27,030 nt of DNA, from contig JAWXCN010000163.1 of NCBI GenBank assembly GCA_034408725.1, positions 1 through 27,030 on the forward strand, written 5' to 3'. The notes beneath the pieces are model-generated. The model searched no databases and was not told where the DNA came from. It saw only the letters and a program-made list of their open reading frames with translations. The DNA is from Candidatus Hydrogenedentota bacterium (GTDB taxonomy: Bacteria > Hydrogenedentota > Hydrogenedentia > Hydrogenedentales > SLHB01). Shown here piece after piece: positions 25,835 to 27,030 of this stretch; within the stretch, counting starts at the first letter, position 1; the number at the start of each line of letters is the position of its first letter. The position numbers and the translations under genes were made by a program.

Positions 25835-26613
25835 GGCGCAGGCAATTCCGCGCGCGCGTCTTGTCTACGATCAGGCGGGCGTTGGTAGGGAGGACCCACG
25901 ACGGCAAGCGCGCGTTCCTGCGTCCAACCTCGTTGCCCATCGGCAGAACGGACCTGTACCCAACCGTTCGCGCGCTGGTCGATGATCAACCGGTCTCCCC
26001 GCATTAACTCGAAGTTGACCGTTTGACTTTCACCGATAGAGAACCGGACGGGAACATCGTCTTCAATTGCGACGACAAGTGGTGGCGCGAAAGTTTTGGC
26101 ATAGGATGAAGCGCCAAACGCGGCGGCGGCCAGTCCCGCTACAATCGCCGCGCGCGACAACCACGCATTCGGTTTCCAGAGCCGAGCCGCTAGTAGAATC
26201 CACAATGCCACCCAACTGAAAACGGCCATGAAGTGGACGGCACGTGGAGACCAGGTGTAATGCCACATCAACAGGCTTTGCTCCCACGCGGGTGGAAGCG
26301 GACGCGCCCACTGGTGCTCGGTCTGGGCGACGGCAAAATCAAGATTTTGTCGCGCGGACGTATGCGCGGGGTTGATTCGCAATGCGCGCTCGTAATTGAC
26401 GATGGCAAGGCCCGTGTTCCCCGCGCGAAAGTACGCGTTGCCCAAATTGAAAAAGAGAGATTCATGTTCCACGCCTTCTGCCATCAATTGTTCGTACGCG
26501 GCAATCGCGGTCTGGTAATCCTCCGATTCATACGCGCTGTTGCCGCGTTGAAACGTGGCGTCGAATACGCTTGGTGCGCCAACCACCGCGATGGCCAGCA
26601 ATGCGGCGATCAT
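25831..26613 (-). CDS. BatE-like protein: signal peptide, TPR repeats, two TM helices and an SH3b domain
   Basis: FQRGNSAY, FNLGNAYF...AIVNYERALRINP...RQNL; C-terminal GWVQVRSADGQRGW. Confidence 0.82.
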   Translation of the reverse strand: MIAALLAIAVVGAPSVFDATFQRGNSAYESEDYQTAIAAYEQLMAEGVEHESLFFNLGNAYFRAGNTGLAIVNYERALRINPAHTSARQNLDFAVAQTEHQWARPLPPAWEQSLLMWHYTWSPRAVHFMAVFSWVALWILLAARLWKPNAWLSRAAIVAGLAAAAFGASSYAKTFAPPLVVAIEDDVPVRFSIGESQTVNFELMRGDRLIIDQRANGWVQVRSADGQRGWTQERALAVVGPPYQRPPDRRQDARAELPAP

Positions 26614-27030
26614 GCGTGCACACTCCGTTTTTGGAAATTATCCAGACGCTCCATGACGGCACGCGCGCCTTCAGTCAGCGCGAAAACTTCGTCTTGCGAG
26701 AGCGTCTCTGCGGCATATCGCGCTCGTTCACACGTTTTGAGTATACGGGTAAGGCCCGCGGCAATGTCTTCAGGAATGTGCCTTGCATCGAGAATTTGCC
26801 GTGTGTCGGCGGAGGTCATGCCGGTTTCAGGCAGGTTGAATTCATCGGCGAGGTAGCTGGTTACGGCATGGTAAAGATCATCAACTGGTTGCGGAGCGCC
26901 GCGTGCTTCATCCAGGCGTTGCAGGCCGAGGCGCAGGGCGCGATGCGAGCGCGCGAACCGGATGTCCGTCGCAAACCTTCGCTGCCGGCGCACCACGAGT
27001 CCAATTGCAAAATAGGCTAGCATTGGGACC
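26610..27030 (-). CDS. 3' end of a BatD-like protein (truncated by the window edge)
   Basis: TM helix followed by RRQRR, YLADEFNL and CERARYA, as in BatD C-termini; ATGA overlap with the BatE-like gene. Confidence 0.65.
   Translation of the reverse strand, partial: VPMLAYFAIGLVVRRQRRFATDIRFARSHRALRLGLQRLDEARGAPQPVDDLYHAVTSYLADEFNLPETGMTSADTRQILDARHIPEDIAAGLTRILKTCERARYAAETLSQDEVFALTEGARAVMERLDNFQKRSVHA

Noticed and set aside
1-27030. CRISPR array, tRNA/rRNA, transposase, integrase or defence system
   Set aside because: No regularly spaced repeats, RNA-gene signatures or recombinase motifs were seen, and nearly all the sequence is accounted for by the listed CDSs

Overview
Gene-dense, moderately GC-rich chromosomal region of a diderm bacterium (lpxK, an MsbA-like exporter, lipoproteins and a Tat-exported sulfatase; lineage cannot be fixed from the sequence). 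In order: hisH-hisF-pfkB-family kinase (+); dprA-lpxK (-); two 401-aa CgeB/DUF3880-like glycosyltransferase paralogues joined tail-to-tail with no gap; a structured 380-bp intergenic region; tex-methyltransferase-arylsulfatase (+); an EEP-family membrane protein; a lipoprotein pair (one BamE/SmpA-like); a multi-CxxC zinc-finger membrane protein; a phage-shock locus; an MsbA-like ABC exporter plus lipoprotein; DUF2752; and a translationally coupled batD'-batE-glnD-degP run (-). The most notable structure is the psp locus. A PilZ-domain gene lies between pspF and pspA, downstream of the only sigma54-like promoter I can find there (GG-N10-GT), so it appears to lead a pilZ-pspA-pspC operon with no pspB. 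Other points of interest are the inverted glycosyltransferase twins bracketed by a 15-bp near-direct repeat, two apparently leaderless genes, and a roughly 185-nt rod-foldable segment upstream of tex. No rRNA, tRNA, CRISPR array or transposase is evident. All product calls come from motif recognition, not database searches.
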